From Candidatus Spongiisociaceae bacterium (GTDB lineage: Bacteria; Actinomycetota; Acidimicrobiia; Spongiisociales; Spongiisociaceae), in the NCBI GenBank assembly GCA_965262915.1, contig OZ253564.1, positions 4,224,001 to 4,288,000 of the forward strand: a DNA stretch of 64,000 nucleotides. Reading direction: 5' to 3'. Positions 1 through 9,372 of the stretch are shown piece after piece. The position numbers and the translations under genes are program-made. The notes under the pieces are model-generated. The model made no database searches. It was not told the origin of the DNA and worked only from the letters and a program-made list of their open reading frames with translations. Each line of letters starts with the position of its first letter. Position 1 is the stretch's first letter.

Positions 1-2
1 CG

Positions 3-374
3 GGACCCGGTGTGCCAATCGGGGAGGGTCTGCAGAGGATGGAAGGAGCCGGTGTCCAGCCCGGCTTCGCGCAAGGGACCCAGCGCCCCGACCGGCGCCA
101 GACCCGACAGATGGACGGCTCGCGGGACGCCGACCGCTCTCCCTGCGAGCGCCCGTGCGGTGTCGAAGATCACATCGTCGCGGACCGCCACCACGAGGAG
201 ATCGGCCTCGGGCATGGGGTCACCGATCAGGCGGGCCTCTCGACCGAGATGGCGGGCCACACCCTGGTCGTCCTTCCGCCGGGCGAAGACGCCGACGATG
301 TCGTGACCCGCAGAGTGGGCCGCGACCGCCAACGATCCACCTGCCCTGCCGGGCCCGACAACGATGATGCGCAC
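3..374 (-). CDS. Rossmann-like / DUF2520-family oxidoreductase, N-terminal part (runs off the left edge)
   Basis: Manual translation from GTG at 374: VRIIVVGPGRAGGSLAVAAH...LLVVAVRDD...HLSG...GSFHPLQT. Has a Rossmann GxGxxG and the HPLQT motif, and lies downstream of folK. Absent from the ORF track because it has no stop in the window. Confidence 0.8.
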   Translation of the reverse strand, partial: MRIIVVGPGRAGGSLAVAAHSAGHDIVGVFARRKDDQGVARHLGREARLIGDPMPEADLLVVAVRDDVIFDTARALAGRAVGVPRAVHLSGLAPVGALGPLREAGLDTGSFHPLQTLPDWHTGS

Positions 375-422
375 TTCTACTCCCGGTTGCGGTCCGTGTA
401 TCGGTACCGATCCGAGATCAGA

Positions 423-953
423 TTAGGAGAGTCCCGGCCGATCCACCAGCGGCCGAGCCTCGTCTCCCCGCCAGCCGAGTCCCTCGATCCTGCGGAGAGG
501 CTGGTCAGCCACGCCGGGCAGCAGGTCCGCCACGAGGGTGCCGTCCGGATCACGGATGCCGGGCCAGACCTCCACCAGCGGCTCCAGCACGAAGCGGCGT
601 TCCCGGTAGCGGGGATGCGGTACCGTGACCGCGGCCGTGCGGATCGACGTGTCGCCGTGAAGTATCAGATCGAGGTCGATCAAGCGCGGACCCCACCGTC
701 GGCCCCGCACGCGGCCCAGCGCGGTCTCTATCGACAGCAGGCGACCCACCATTGCCTCCGCTCCCAGCGGGGTTTCCACGACCGCTACCGCGTTGTAGAA
801 CGGATCCTGGGGTACTCCACCCACGGGTTCGGTCTCGTAGAGACGGGACAGGGCAACCAAGTTGCCCAAGCCCTCCAGCCGGACCGCCGCCGAGTAGAGA
901 TTGGCCAACCGGTCGCCCATGTTGGAACCCAGGGATATGACAGCCGGCGGCAT
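423..953 (-). CDS. folK: 2-amino-4-hydroxy-6-hydroxymethyldihydropteridine pyrophosphokinase
   Basis: ISLGSNMGDR, YETEPVG, FYNAVA, WGPRLIDLDLI, VPHPR, RRFVLEPL motifs. Start placed at ATG 953 (MPPAVIS). Confidence 0.95.
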   Translation of the reverse strand: MPPAVISLGSNMGDRLANLYSAAVRLEGLGNLVALSRLYETEPVGGVPQDPFYNAVAVVETPLGAEAMVGRLLSIETALGRVRGRRWGPRLIDLDLILHGDTSIRTAAVTVPHPRYRERRFVLEPLVEVWPGIRDPDGTLVADLLPGVADQPLRRIEGLGWRGDEARPLVDRPGLS

Positions 954-958
954 GCGGG

Positions 959-1807
959 TCAGGTATGAGGGGAATGCCGGACGACCGTCACCGCCACGTC
1001 CTCGAACCCCACCCTGATCGGCGCCTCCGGTTTGTGCACCGTCACCTCCACCCGGATGACCCGCCTGTTCTCGAGAACCAGGTCCGCCACCCGCTCGGCG
1101 ACCGTCTCGATCAGGTTCCACTGCTCGCCCGACACCCGGCGGTGGATCGCCTCCGCCACAAGCCCGTAGTCGAGTGTGTTGGAGAGGTCGTCGGTGCGGG
1201 CCGCCGCCGACACGTCCAGCCGGGCCATCACATCCACGACGAAGGTCTGGCCCTCCGCCCGCTCCTCCTCGGTCACTCCGTGGCGGGCCGGTATGCGAAG
1301 ACCCTTCAACGTGATCGAGTCGACCGGAGCGCGGGCGTAAACCGGACCCGACCCGGGTGGGTCCTCGCCCGCACCTCCGGACAGTAACCGGAGGACCGAA
1401 TGGCGAATCTCGGAAAGGTCAGCGCCGATCTCATCCAAGACCTGAGCGGCGACACCGTCCCCTTCCCGAATCAGGCCCAGCAGGATGTGCTCGGTACCGA
1501 TGTAGTTGTGCCCCAACTGCAGAGCTTCGCGCAAGCTCAACTCCAGTACCTTCTTGGCCCGGGGGGTGAACGGTATGTGCCCGGAGAGGGACTGGTGACC
1601 CTTGCCGGTTTTCTCCAGCACCTGGCTGCGCACCGAATCGAAGCGAATGCCGAGACTCTGGAGACCGCGGGCCGCCACGCCCTCTCCCTCGTGGATCAGG
1701 CCCAACAGGATGTGCTCGGTACCGATGTAGTGGTGGTTGAGCAGCCCGGCCTCTTCCTGTGCCAGCACCACCACCCGGCGGGCGGGGTCGGTGAAACGTT
1801 CAAACAC
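959..1807 (-). CDS. folB: Fusion of ClpC N-terminal double Clp-repeat domain and dihydroneopterin aldolase
   Basis: aa 1-145: MFERFTD...YIGTEHILLGL (twice), PFTPRAKKVLELSLREAL. aa ~163-282: HGVTEEER, TLDYG, LIETVAE, VHKP (FolB). One continuous ORF between folP and folK. Confidence 0.93.
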   Translation of the reverse strand: MFERFTDPARRVVVLAQEEAGLLNHHYIGTEHILLGLIHEGEGVAARGLQSLGIRFDSVRSQVLEKTGKGHQSLSGHIPFTPRAKKVLELSLREALQLGHNYIGTEHILLGLIREGDGVAAQVLDEIGADLSEIRHSVLRLLSGGAGEDPPGSGPVYARAPVDSITLKGLRIPARHGVTEEERAEGQTFVVDVMARLDVSAAARTDDLSNTLDYGLVAEAIHRRVSGEQWNLIETVAERVADLVLENRRVIRVEVTVHKPEAPIRVGFEDVAVTVVRHSPHT

Positions 1808-1858
1808 GGCCGGCCCGACTCTCCGAGCTCAACCGGATCGCACCCGCCGGAGCCGCAT

Positions 1859-2338
1859 TCAACCCCCCGCCGCCGGAATCAGCGCCCGGGCGCGGGGACC
1901 GAGCGGTCTCCCGATGATCTCCTGTATGACCATGGCGGCGATCCGTTGGTCCTTCACCAGGCCCGCGAACACCACGTACCCGGCCAGGATCCCCGCCACC
2001 GCATCGTCCACGAAGTCGCGGTGGACCAGTACCCGGGCGTCCGGGCGGGCCAACGCATCGTGGATGGTGGCGAAGGCCAGGTCGACGGCGGACCGGTCGG
2101 AATCGAGATCGACCGGCGCCACGTGCACCTCAAGGCCCGCCCCCTCGTAGCTGTTGACGTTCTGGGCTCCCGGAAGCAGCGACACCACCGTCGTGAACTC
2201 CTCCTCCACCAGCCAGGCGATCTCCTCCTCGCGGCGCACCCGACGGTGCTGGAATCCCTGACCCCCGATCCGCGCCGAAGTGGCCAGCCGACTCCCGATC
2301 ACCCAGGCAAAATCACGCGGCTTCAGTCCTGTCTTCAT
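1859..2338 (-). CDS. Hypothetical protein with a tyrosine/dual-specificity phosphatase-like pattern lacking the catalytic Cys
   Basis: FAWV..LA...R.GG, TTVVSL and VLVHRDFVDD in place of VLVHCxxGxxR, followed by AGY. Overlaps the folP 3' end. Confidence 0.65.
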   Translation of the reverse strand: MKTGLKPRDFAWVIGSRLATSARIGGQGFQHRRVRREEEIAWLVEEEFTTVVSLLPGAQNVNSYEGAGLEVHVAPVDLDSDRSAVDLAFATIHDALARPDARVLVHRDFVDDAVAGILAGYVVFAGLVKDQRIAAMVIQEIIGRPLGPRARALIPAAGG

Positions 2339-3185
2339 CACCATCACCCATCTGACGCACCATAGCGTCAGCCAGAGCCAACGCGTCGCGGGTTGTTGCA
2401 ACATCGTGAACTCTCACGATCGAGGCGCCGTTCATGGCACAGATCCCGGACGAGACGGCTGTCACCACGTCCCGCTCCTCGACGGACCGCCCGGTGAGCG
2501 CACCGAGAAAGGCCTTCCGGGAGGTCCCCACCAGGACGGGCACGCCGTCGGCGGCCAGCACCGGCAACCCGTTCAGCAGGGCCAGGTTGTGCGCGATCGT
2601 CTTGCCGAATCCGATGCCGGGATCGATCGCCATCGCCCGCCGGTCGACCCCCGCTGCTTCCCCCGCCTCGATCCTGTGCCGGAGGTATCGGCGGATCTCC
2701 CCGACCACGTCGTCATAGGTGGGATCCTTCTGCATGGTGCGCGGGTTGCCGCGCATGTGCATCAGGACGACGCCTACCCTCGACGAGGCACACACCTCGG
2801 CCATTCCCTCGGCTTCGAAGGCGGTCACGTCGTTGACCACCACCGCTCCCGCCGCGACGGCCTCCGCCGCCACCTTCGGCTTCGAGGTGTTGATCGATAC
2901 CCGGACGTCGCGGGCGGCCAAGCGTTCCACCACGCCCACGACCCGCCGCAACTCCTCCGCCTCCTCCACCTCATCGGCGCCGGGCCGGGTGGACTCACCG
3001 CCCACATCCACCAGATGGGCGCCCTGGTCCCGGAGGCGGAGACCGTGGGCGACGGCGCGGTCCTCGTGGAGGAAGCGCCCCCCGTCCGAAAAGGAATCGG
3101 GCGTGGCATTGACCACCCCCATCACCAGCGTGCCCTCGTTGGGATCGAGGACCGCCCCCCGAACGTGCCATGTCGGTCGTTTCAA
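2313..3185 (-). CDS. folP: Dihydropteroate synthase
   Basis: [47 protein letters not shown]. The TTG start at 3185 overlaps the folE TGA. Confidence 0.95.
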   Translation of the reverse strand: MKRPTWHVRGAVLDPNEGTLVMGVVNATPDSFSDGGRFLHEDRAVAHGLRLRDQGAHLVDVGGESTRPGADEVEEAEELRRVVGVVERLAARDVRVSINTSKPKVAAEAVAAGAVVVNDVTAFEAEGMAEVCASSRVGVVLMHMRGNPRTMQKDPTYDDVVGEIRRYLRHRIEAGEAAGVDRRAMAIDPGIGFGKTIAHNLALLNGLPVLAADGVPVLVGTSRKAFLGALTGRSVEERDVVTAVSSGICAMNGASIVRVHDVATTRDALALADAMVRQMGDGDEDRTEAA

Positions 3186-3763
3186 GCGCAGACCCGGTTG
3201 ATAAGCGCGAGAGCTTCGGCCCGCGTGGCGGGGTTGCTGCGGAACTGGCCCCTGACCGCCGAGGTCTGGGTCACCGTGCCTGGTTTGCCGACACCACGCA
3301 TCTCCATGCAGAGATGCCGGGCCTCCACCACGACGAGCGCGCCCCGGGGCTCCAGCACCTCCATGAGCGAATCCGCCACCTGGGTGGTGAACCGTTCCTG
3401 CATCTGCGGTCGGCGGGCGAACCCCTCCACCAGGCGGGCCAGTTTGGAGAGACCCGTGACCTTCCCGTCCGGGACGTACGCCACATGGGCCTTGCCATGG
3501 AAGGGTAAAAAGTGGTGCTCGCACATCGAATAGAAGGGAATGTCACGCACCAGCACCATCTCCTGATGGCCATCGGCCACGAACACCCGGTACAGATCCT
3601 CTCGCGGATCACGGTGCATTCCCTCGAATACCTCGGCAAACATGCGGGCGACGCGGGCGGGCGTATCGATCAGACCCTCCCGGCCGGGGTCCTCGCCGAT
3701 CGCCTTGAGTATCTGACGCATGGCGTCTTCGATCGCCTGCTGATCGATCACCCAGCCCGACAT
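3182..3763 (-). CDS. folE: GTP cyclohydrolase I
   Basis: [48 protein letters not shown]. Confidence 0.96.
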   Translation of the reverse strand: MSGWVIDQQAIEDAMRQILKAIGEDPGREGLIDTPARVARMFAEVFEGMHRDPREDLYRVFVADGHQEMVLVRDIPFYSMCEHHFLPFHGKAHVAYVPDGKVTGLSKLARLVEGFARRPQMQERFTTQVADSLMEVLEPRGALVVVEARHLCMEMRGVGKPGTVTQTSAVRGQFRSNPATRAEALALINRVCA

Positions 3764-3768
3764 GGGTT

Positions 3769-3936
3769 CTAGTGGTCCGTCTGTGAGACGGAGGCGTGGC
3801 ATGCGCCGCCGACGGGGTACCGCGCCAGGCCCGCCGACGATGGCGTACCCGCAGCATACGTCGAGGAGGCGGAACGCAGCGAAGGGCGTCGCCGGCGTGC
3901 AGGGCATGGTGTGTTGTCTTCCAGGCAGACCACTAG
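3769..3936. mobile_element. MITE-like element (family B), 168 bp, ~21-bp imperfect terminal inverted repeats with CTAG at both ends
   Basis: Left end ctagtggtccgtctgtgagac (3769-3789). Right end gtcttccaggcagaccactag (3916-3936). Homologous to 29482-29557. Confidence 0.7.
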
Positions 3937-3974
3937 AGGGTGCGCGCATGGGCGGACGCGGCCGCCCCTATCCA

Positions 3975-4008
3975 TAAGAGGGTGCGCGGGTAGGTGCTCA
4001 CCCTCTTA
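3975..4008 (-). terminator. Hairpin overlapping the ftsH stop codon
   Basis: taagagggtg (3975-3984) and caccctctta (3999-4008) form a perfect 10-bp inverted repeat. No U-tract. Confidence 0.4.
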
Positions 4009-5937
4009 GCCGGAGACCGTGGAGTCCGCTGCCCGAGCCGCCGCCACCCCCTCGGCCAGGGCCGGACCGCTCACCAGGGGAGCCTGGATCCGGGGACCGG
4101 CACCCTCGACCGTCTCCCACTTGGGAACGTCATGGAGAACGGCGGTGATATCCTCCGCTCGCAGGGTCTCCATCTCGAGGAGCCGATCCGCCAGCCGGTG
4201 CAGGGCATCGATGTGGGTGGTGAGAATCCGGTTCGCCTCGTCATGCGCCTGGCCCAGCAAGGCCCGCACCTCGTCGTCGATGGCTGCCGCCACCTCGTCG
4301 GAGTAGTCCTGCTGGCTGGAGTAATCGCGCCCGAGAAACACCTCCCCATGGTTCTTCCCGAACTTCATCGGGCCCAGGTTGTCGCTCATCCCGTATTCCA
4401 TGACCATGCGGCGGGCCTGCTCGGTGGCCTTCTCGATGTCGTTGGACGCGCCGGTGGTCGGATCGCAGAAGATCAGATCCTCGGCGGCCCGGCCGCCCAT
4501 GAGCATGGCGAGTTGGTCGGTCAGCTCCGAGCGCCGCATGTAGTTGCGGTCCTCCGTCGGGAGAGCGAGCGTGTAGCCCCCTGCGCGACCCCGCGGGATG
4601 ATGGTGACCTTGTGGATCGGATCGGCGTTGGGCAGCGCGAACCCCACGAGGGCGTGACCCCCCTCGTGGTACGCGGTGATCTTCCTCTCCCGATCGGTCA
4701 TGACCCGGCTCTTGCGCTCCGGGCCGGCGATCACCCGATCGATCGCCTCCTCCAACTCGGCGGGTCCCACGCTGGCCCTGTCGCGGCGGGCGGCCAGCAG
4801 GGCGGCCTCGTTGATCAGGTTGGCCAGGTCGGCGCCGGTGAAGCCGGGGGTCTGGCGGGCGATCGTCTCCATGTCAACGTCGTCGGATATGGGCTTGCCC
4901 TTGGCATGCACGCCGAGGATGGCCCGCCGTCCCCTGAGATCGGGGCGGTCGACCACGATCTGGCGGTCGAAGCGTCCCGGCCGGAGCAGGGCAGGATCGA
5001 GGATGTCGGGCCGGTTGGTACCGGCGATGACGATCACCCCGCTCGCCACGTCGAACCCGTCCAACTCGACCAGCAGCTGGTTGAGGGTCTGTTCCCGCTC
5101 GTCGTGACCGCCCCCCAGACCGGCCCCGCGATGCCGTCCCACGGCGTCGATCTCATCGATGAAGATGATGGCCGGCGCCGCCGACTTGGCCTGGCTGAAC
5201 AGGTCACGTACGCGGCTGGCGCCCACCCCCACGAACATCTCCACGAAGTCGGAGCCGGAGATCGAGAAGAAGGGCACCTCGGCCTCACCGGACACCGCCC
5301 TCGCCAGGAGCGTCTTGCCGGTGCCTGGGGAACCGTACAGGAGGACTCCCTTGGGGATCTTGGCCCCCATCGCCCTGAACTTCTGGGGAGCCTCGAGGAA
5401 GTCCTTGATCTCACTGAGCTCCTCGATAGCCTCCTCGAGCCCGGCCACGTCCTCGAAGGTCACCTTGGGCTGGTCCTTGGTCACCTGCTTGGCCTTGGCC
5501 TTGCCGAACTGCATTATCCGGCTTCCCCCGCTCTGCATCTGCATGATCACGAAGATCATGAAGCCGAAGATGAGCAGCCACGGCAGTATGCCGAGTATCA
5601 GGTCCCAGAACCCGGGGGGCTCGGGATCGATGACCACCTTGACCTCGTTGGCCAGCAGTATCTCGGTGAGGGTTCCCTCGTACTCCGCCGGGTACAGGAC
5701 ACGGAAGTCGCCGGGGACCTCCGGCGAGGCAGCCCCGGGCTCGAGGGTCCCTTCTATGGCGTTGGACCGCTCGAGGATGGTCACCTCGGCCACCGCGCCG
5801 CTCTTCACCACCGCATCGAACACGGTCAGGTCGATTTCCTCGACCCGCGCGGCCCCGTTCAAGAGACGCTGCCCCATCAATACGAGCGCCATGACCACGA
5901 GACCGTATACGAAGATGGTGCGGGTGGTCCTACTCAC
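4006..5937 (-). CDS. ftsH: ATP-dependent zinc metalloprotease FtsH
   Basis: Two TM helices, [32 protein letters not shown]. Confidence 0.98.
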   Translation of the reverse strand: MSRTTRTIFVYGLVVMALVLMGQRLLNGAARVEEIDLTVFDAVVKSGAVAEVTILERSNAIEGTLEPGAASPEVPGDFRVLYPAEYEGTLTEILLANEVKVVIDPEPPGFWDLILGILPWLLIFGFMIFVIMQMQSGGSRIMQFGKAKAKQVTKDQPKVTFEDVAGLEEAIEELSEIKDFLEAPQKFRAMGAKIPKGVLLYGSPGTGKTLLARAVSGEAEVPFFSISGSDFVEMFVGVGASRVRDLFSQAKSAAPAIIFIDEIDAVGRHRGAGLGGGHDEREQTLNQLLVELDGFDVASGVIVIAGTNRPDILDPALLRPGRFDRQIVVDRPDLRGRRAILGVHAKGKPISDDVDMETIARQTPGFTGADLANLINEAALLAARRDRASVGPAELEEAIDRVIAGPERKSRVMTDRERKITAYHEGGHALVGFALPNADPIHKVTIIPRGRAGGYTLALPTEDRNYMRRSELTDQLAMLMGGRAAEDLIFCDPTTGASNDIEKATEQARRMVMEYGMSDNLGPMKFGKNHGEVFLGRDYSSQQDYSDEVAAAIDDEVRALLGQAHDEANRILTTHIDALHRLADRLLEMETLRAEDITAVLHDVPKWETVEGAGPRIQAPLVSGPALAEGVAAARAADSTVSG

Positions 5938-6145
5938 TGTCTTTCTTCCCCATGCTGTTGCCCTGCTAAGCCCTGGTGGTTGGCGAGACCCGGCTTTGTG
6001 CTCGTACGAGGGGGTTCTGTCCGGCCCATCCTAAGAGACTGGCGGGAATATCATGCTAAAACCTCACCACCGGCGGGGGAAGCTCGAAACAGGTGGACCA
6101 TCTTCCACCGGAGCGCCCCGGAGGCGAACCTCGGTTGACCGAGTT

Positions 6146-6186
6146 CTCCGACTATCCATGCAACCTCCGACTATCCATGCAACCTC
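6146..6186. repeat. 19-bp tandem duplication (about 2.2 copies)
   Basis: ctccgactatccatgcaac at 6146-6164 and 6165-6183, followed by ctc. Confidence 0.9.
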
Positions 6187-6243
6187 TCGTGCGGACCTCT
6201 CCCGATTATGCCCTACCGCGCCCGCCGCTCCAAGAGGTTCGTC

Positions 6244-6391
6244 CCAGGAGGGTGGTGCAAGACCCCTTCACGGCCCGTCGGTCGATGACACAACGTCTGT
6301 TGAGAAGAAGACGGGCGTTGCTCCCCACCGTCTTACAGCACACTCCTCGGAGGGTACTGAGAAACCCCCGTTGGCCCGACGGTCGATGACA
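6244..6391. mobile_element. MITE-like element (family A): one full ~107-bp copy plus an abutting partial copy
   Basis: Terminal inverted repeats ccaggagggtggtgcaagac / gtcttacagcacactcctcgg (6244-6350). A second left half, ggagggtactgagaaac...ggtcgatgaca, spans 6349-6391. Homologous to 19663-19770. Confidence 0.7.
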
Positions 6392-6424
6392 GGATGCCGG
6401 GTCAGCGAACGACAGGCCGACTAC

Positions 6425-6973
6425 TTACCCTTCTTGAGCACCCTCCTCCAGGGAGTGCTGTTCGAGCACCCCGATGTAGGGGAGGTTCCGGTACAGCTGG
6501 TCGAAGTCGAGTCCGTAACCGACCACGAACTCGGGACCGATCGTGAAGCCGACGTAGCGGGCTTCCACAGGTACCCGTTGCATGCCTTCCTTGAGCAGGA
6601 GGGTGGCCAACTCGATCGAGGCCGGCTTGCGCAATCTCAAGGTCTTGAGCAGGTAGTCGAGGGTGAGGCCCGAATCGACGATGTCCTCCACCAGCAGAAC
6701 GTGCCGCCCCGCGATCTCCTCGTCCAGATCCTTGAGGATACGAACCACCCCCGAGGTCTTGGCAGCCGATCCGTACGACGACACCGCCATGAAGTCGAAC
6801 TCGACCGGGACCCTTATGTGCCGGGCCAGGTCGGCCATCACCATGAAGGCCCCCCGGAGAATGCCCACCAGGAGCAAGGCCTGGCCTTCGTAGTCCCGGG
6901 TGATCTCCTCGCCCAGCTCGCGCAGCCGCGCGGCGATCTCCTCCTCGCTGATCAGCACCCTACCGGCTTCCAC
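6425..6973 (-). CDS. hpt: Hypoxanthine phosphoribosyltransferase
   Basis: VGILRGA, AVSSYG, VLLVEDIVDSGLTL, FVVGYGLD. GTG start at 6973 with an aggag RBS. Confidence 0.96.
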   Translation of the reverse strand: MEAGRVLISEEEIAARLRELGEEITRDYEGQALLLVGILRGAFMVMADLARHIRVPVEFDFMAVSSYGSAAKTSGVVRILKDLDEEIAGRHVLLVEDIVDSGLTLDYLLKTLRLRKPASIELATLLLKEGMQRVPVEARYVGFTIGPEFVVGYGLDFDQLYRNLPYIGVLEQHSLEEGAQEG

Positions 6974-8304
6974 GTCTCCTCCCGGGTCGCAGACACCAGA
7001 ACGTAGCCCATCGTACCGCCGGTCACCCAACCCACGTAGGCTCTCCGTACGCCGGGAATCCAGGTCGCCCGGCCATCCACCTCCAGAACCGGCCAGTTGT
7101 CCCGGTCGCGCTGCGGGATCCCGGCCTCCGCCATGGCGTCCGAGGCCCGCTTGCGCCCCCGGCGCATGGCGAGGCGATCATCGGGCGCCACTCTCCTGAC
7201 AACCGCCTCCCGCCCCCCGAACACAGCGAGGTCGAACACCTGACACCACGCGGAGAACGGGTACGCATCGGGCCGGCCTGCGCATTCCCGGGCCTTCCAG
7301 GTCCATGTTCCCCAACGGAGAGGCCTCTTGATGTCCCACAGAAGGCCGGGAGCCTCTGGCTGCCGTGACCCGGCGCCGATCCGTACGTGGGCGCCGATCC
7401 GTGCTACGGGGTGTCCTCCGGTGACAAGCGTCGGCGCCCCCCCGTCCGCTACTGCCAGGACCCGCTCGACGTCCCGCCTCGTGCCCGGGTAACCGCTGCC
7501 CACCACCCGCAAGGCCCGGCGCGCCACCCGACCGGCTACCGCCCGGGGCAGGGTCCGGAGCACGGCGGCGGGAACCCGCACCGAACCCTCGCTCTTCTCG
7601 ACCCTCACCTCGGCGCCCAGCGCGTCGAGGAAGCCGACATCGGTCTCCACCAGGCGGGCCAGATCCGCCAGCCGCACACCGATACCGGGAGCGAGGGCGC
7701 CTTCCCAGAGAGCCAGCGCACGGCGGATCCGGACCCGGCGGAAGGAATCGTCGTCGTTGGCCGGATCATCTACGAACGGAAGCCGCAACAGGGTGGCCAA
7801 CTCCCGTGTCTCGTCACGGGTCACGTCCAGCATCGGGCGGATCAGAGCATTCCGATAACGCCGGATCCCCCTCAGCCCGTCGAGGCCGGCGCCCCATACC
7901 AGGTTGCCGAGCACCGTCTCCGCCTGGTCGGTCTGCGTGTGGCCAGTGACGATCCGCTCCCCGGTCCGCACCTGTTCCTCGAGCGCCCGGTAGCGTGCCG
8001 CCCGAGCCACCGCTTCGGCCGAACCCGGGCCGGAGGTATCCACCCGTACGCGCTCCAGATCCATGTCGAGCCGGCCTGCCACCGCGATCGCGGCGGCCTC
8101 CATGCGATCCGAACCGGGCCAGCCGTGATGGACATGAACCGCCCTGGCCTCCCGCCCGTACTGCCGGACGGCCCAGGCCAGAACGGCGCTGTCCGCTCCC
8201 CCGCTCAGCGCCACTACCAGGGGGCATCCCGTGTTTTCCAGGGAGTGCCCCACCCTGGCGACCACCGTCGACCCGAGCCGGTTCAGCCTACGCGAGCCAG
8301 CCAC
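6952..8304 (-). CDS. tilS: tRNA(Ile)-lysidine synthetase
   Basis: VALSGGADS, HVHHG, EAVARAARY, TGHTQTDQAET, RPML. Start is approximate. Confidence 0.93.
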   Translation of the reverse strand: MAGSRRLNRLGSTVVARVGHSLENTGCPLVVALSGGADSAVLAWAVRQYGREARAVHVHHGWPGSDRMEAAAIAVAGRLDMDLERVRVDTSGPGSAEAVARAARYRALEEQVRTGERIVTGHTQTDQAETVLGNLVWGAGLDGLRGIRRYRNALIRPMLDVTRDETRELATLLRLPFVDDPANDDDSFRRVRIRRALALWEGALAPGIGVRLADLARLVETDVGFLDALGAEVRVEKSEGSVRVPAAVLRTLPRAVAGRVARRALRVVGSGYPGTRRDVERVLAVADGGAPTLVTGGHPVARIGAHVRIGAGSRQPEAPGLLWDIKRPLRWGTWTWKARECAGRPDAYPFSAWCQVFDLAVFGGREAVVRRVAPDDRLAMRRGRKRASDAMAEAGIPQRDRDNWPVLEVDGRATWIPGVRRAYVGWVTGGTMGYVLVSATREETWKPVGC

Positions 8305-9320
8305 GATTCGGGGGCCTTGATCTCCTGGCGGGTAGGCAAGGTATCGGGCGACTCCCATGCCCGGTCGACCGCCGACCAACCGGCCCGCTCCGCCACATGG
8401 AGGATGAAGTCCCTGCCCTCCTCATACTGGCGCATCTTCATCTCCAAGCCGGTGAGCCTCAACAGCGCCGCCACCCGCGGGTTGTCGCGGCGCCGTGCGA
8501 CCAGGGAGGACATCCGCCGCCAGGTGACCAGATGCCGGGCCCCGATCCGATCCATCACCACATGGCCGTGGCCCTCCAGCAAGGACATCAGTGCTTGGAC
8601 CTTGTCGAGTTGCCGACGCTCGGCCGGAGTGGCCACCAGGCCGGGGAGCCCGGCCTCGTCCAGCCGGAACCGACCCTCCGCGCCGGCCCGCCGGATCTCC
8701 GACACCACGACCGACAGCCGCGATTCATCGGTCTTGGAGAGGGACACGAGAGTCGTGGCCAGATCGAGGAAGTATTCCCCGAGCCACGGCACGCCGACGA
8801 ACTGAAACCGGTGGGTTGCCTCGTGAAGCGCCACCCAGAACCGGAACTCGGCCGGACGGAACTGGTGCTTGCGCTCGAACTCCAGAATGTTGGGCGCCGG
8901 CAGGCAGATCTCGTCGCCGCCCTCAGCCGAGGGAAGGACCAGCTCGTACTGACCGAGCACCCGGCGGGACAGCACCCCCAGCAGAGCGCCCATCTCGATG
9001 GCCATCATCCGTCGCGAGAGACTGCCGTCGACGCCTGCCTCCACCAACCGTCCTTCCACCTCCTCCTCGACCGGTCTCATCAACGTCGAGAAGAAGGCCA
9101 GGTTCCGCTCCACCCATGCGATGCGATCGATGACCGCCACCGACGGGTCACCATCCCCGGAGAGCCCGGTCTCCTCCTCCACCAGGGCACAGGCCCGGTG
9201 GACCAGTCCGGGCGCCATCTCCTCGAGAGCACGCCGGTGGTAGCTCTCCGCCGGAGGGTAGGAACCGGCCAGCCGGGCGGCGACACGGACCGCCAGCTCC
9301 AAATGCAACCCTTCGGTCAT
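8283..9320 (-). CDS. Zinc-dependent metalloprotease (DUF2342 / Zincin_2)
   Basis: RRVLGQYE, WVALHEATHRFQF, MSLLEGH, KMRQYEEG. This gene usually sits upstream of tilS in actinobacteria. Confidence 0.88.
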   Translation of the reverse strand: MTEGLHLELAVRVAARLAGSYPPAESYHRRALEEMAPGLVHRACALVEEETGLSGDGDPSVAVIDRIAWVERNLAFFSTLMRPVEEEVEGRLVEAGVDGSLSRRMMAIEMGALLGVLSRRVLGQYELVLPSAEGGDEICLPAPNILEFERKHQFRPAEFRFWVALHEATHRFQFVGVPWLGEYFLDLATTLVSLSKTDESRLSVVVSEIRRAGAEGRFRLDEAGLPGLVATPAERRQLDKVQALMSLLEGHGHVVMDRIGARHLVTWRRMSSLVARRRDNPRVAALLRLTGLEMKMRQYEEGRDFILHVAERAGWSAVDRAWESPDTLPTRQEIKAPESWLARVG

Positions 9321-9372
9321 ATGGCGACCCCGATAGCCAACCGGAACCGATGGTGACCCGGTCTCGCGGACC

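Noticed and set aside
1484-1730. Direct repeat gatgtgctcggtaccgatgtag
   Set aside because: It simply encodes the two YIGTEHI Clp repeats.
6146-6391. Possible CRISPR array
   Set aside because: Only two copies of each repeat, no regular unique spacers and no cas genes. Better explained as a tandem duplication plus MITEs.
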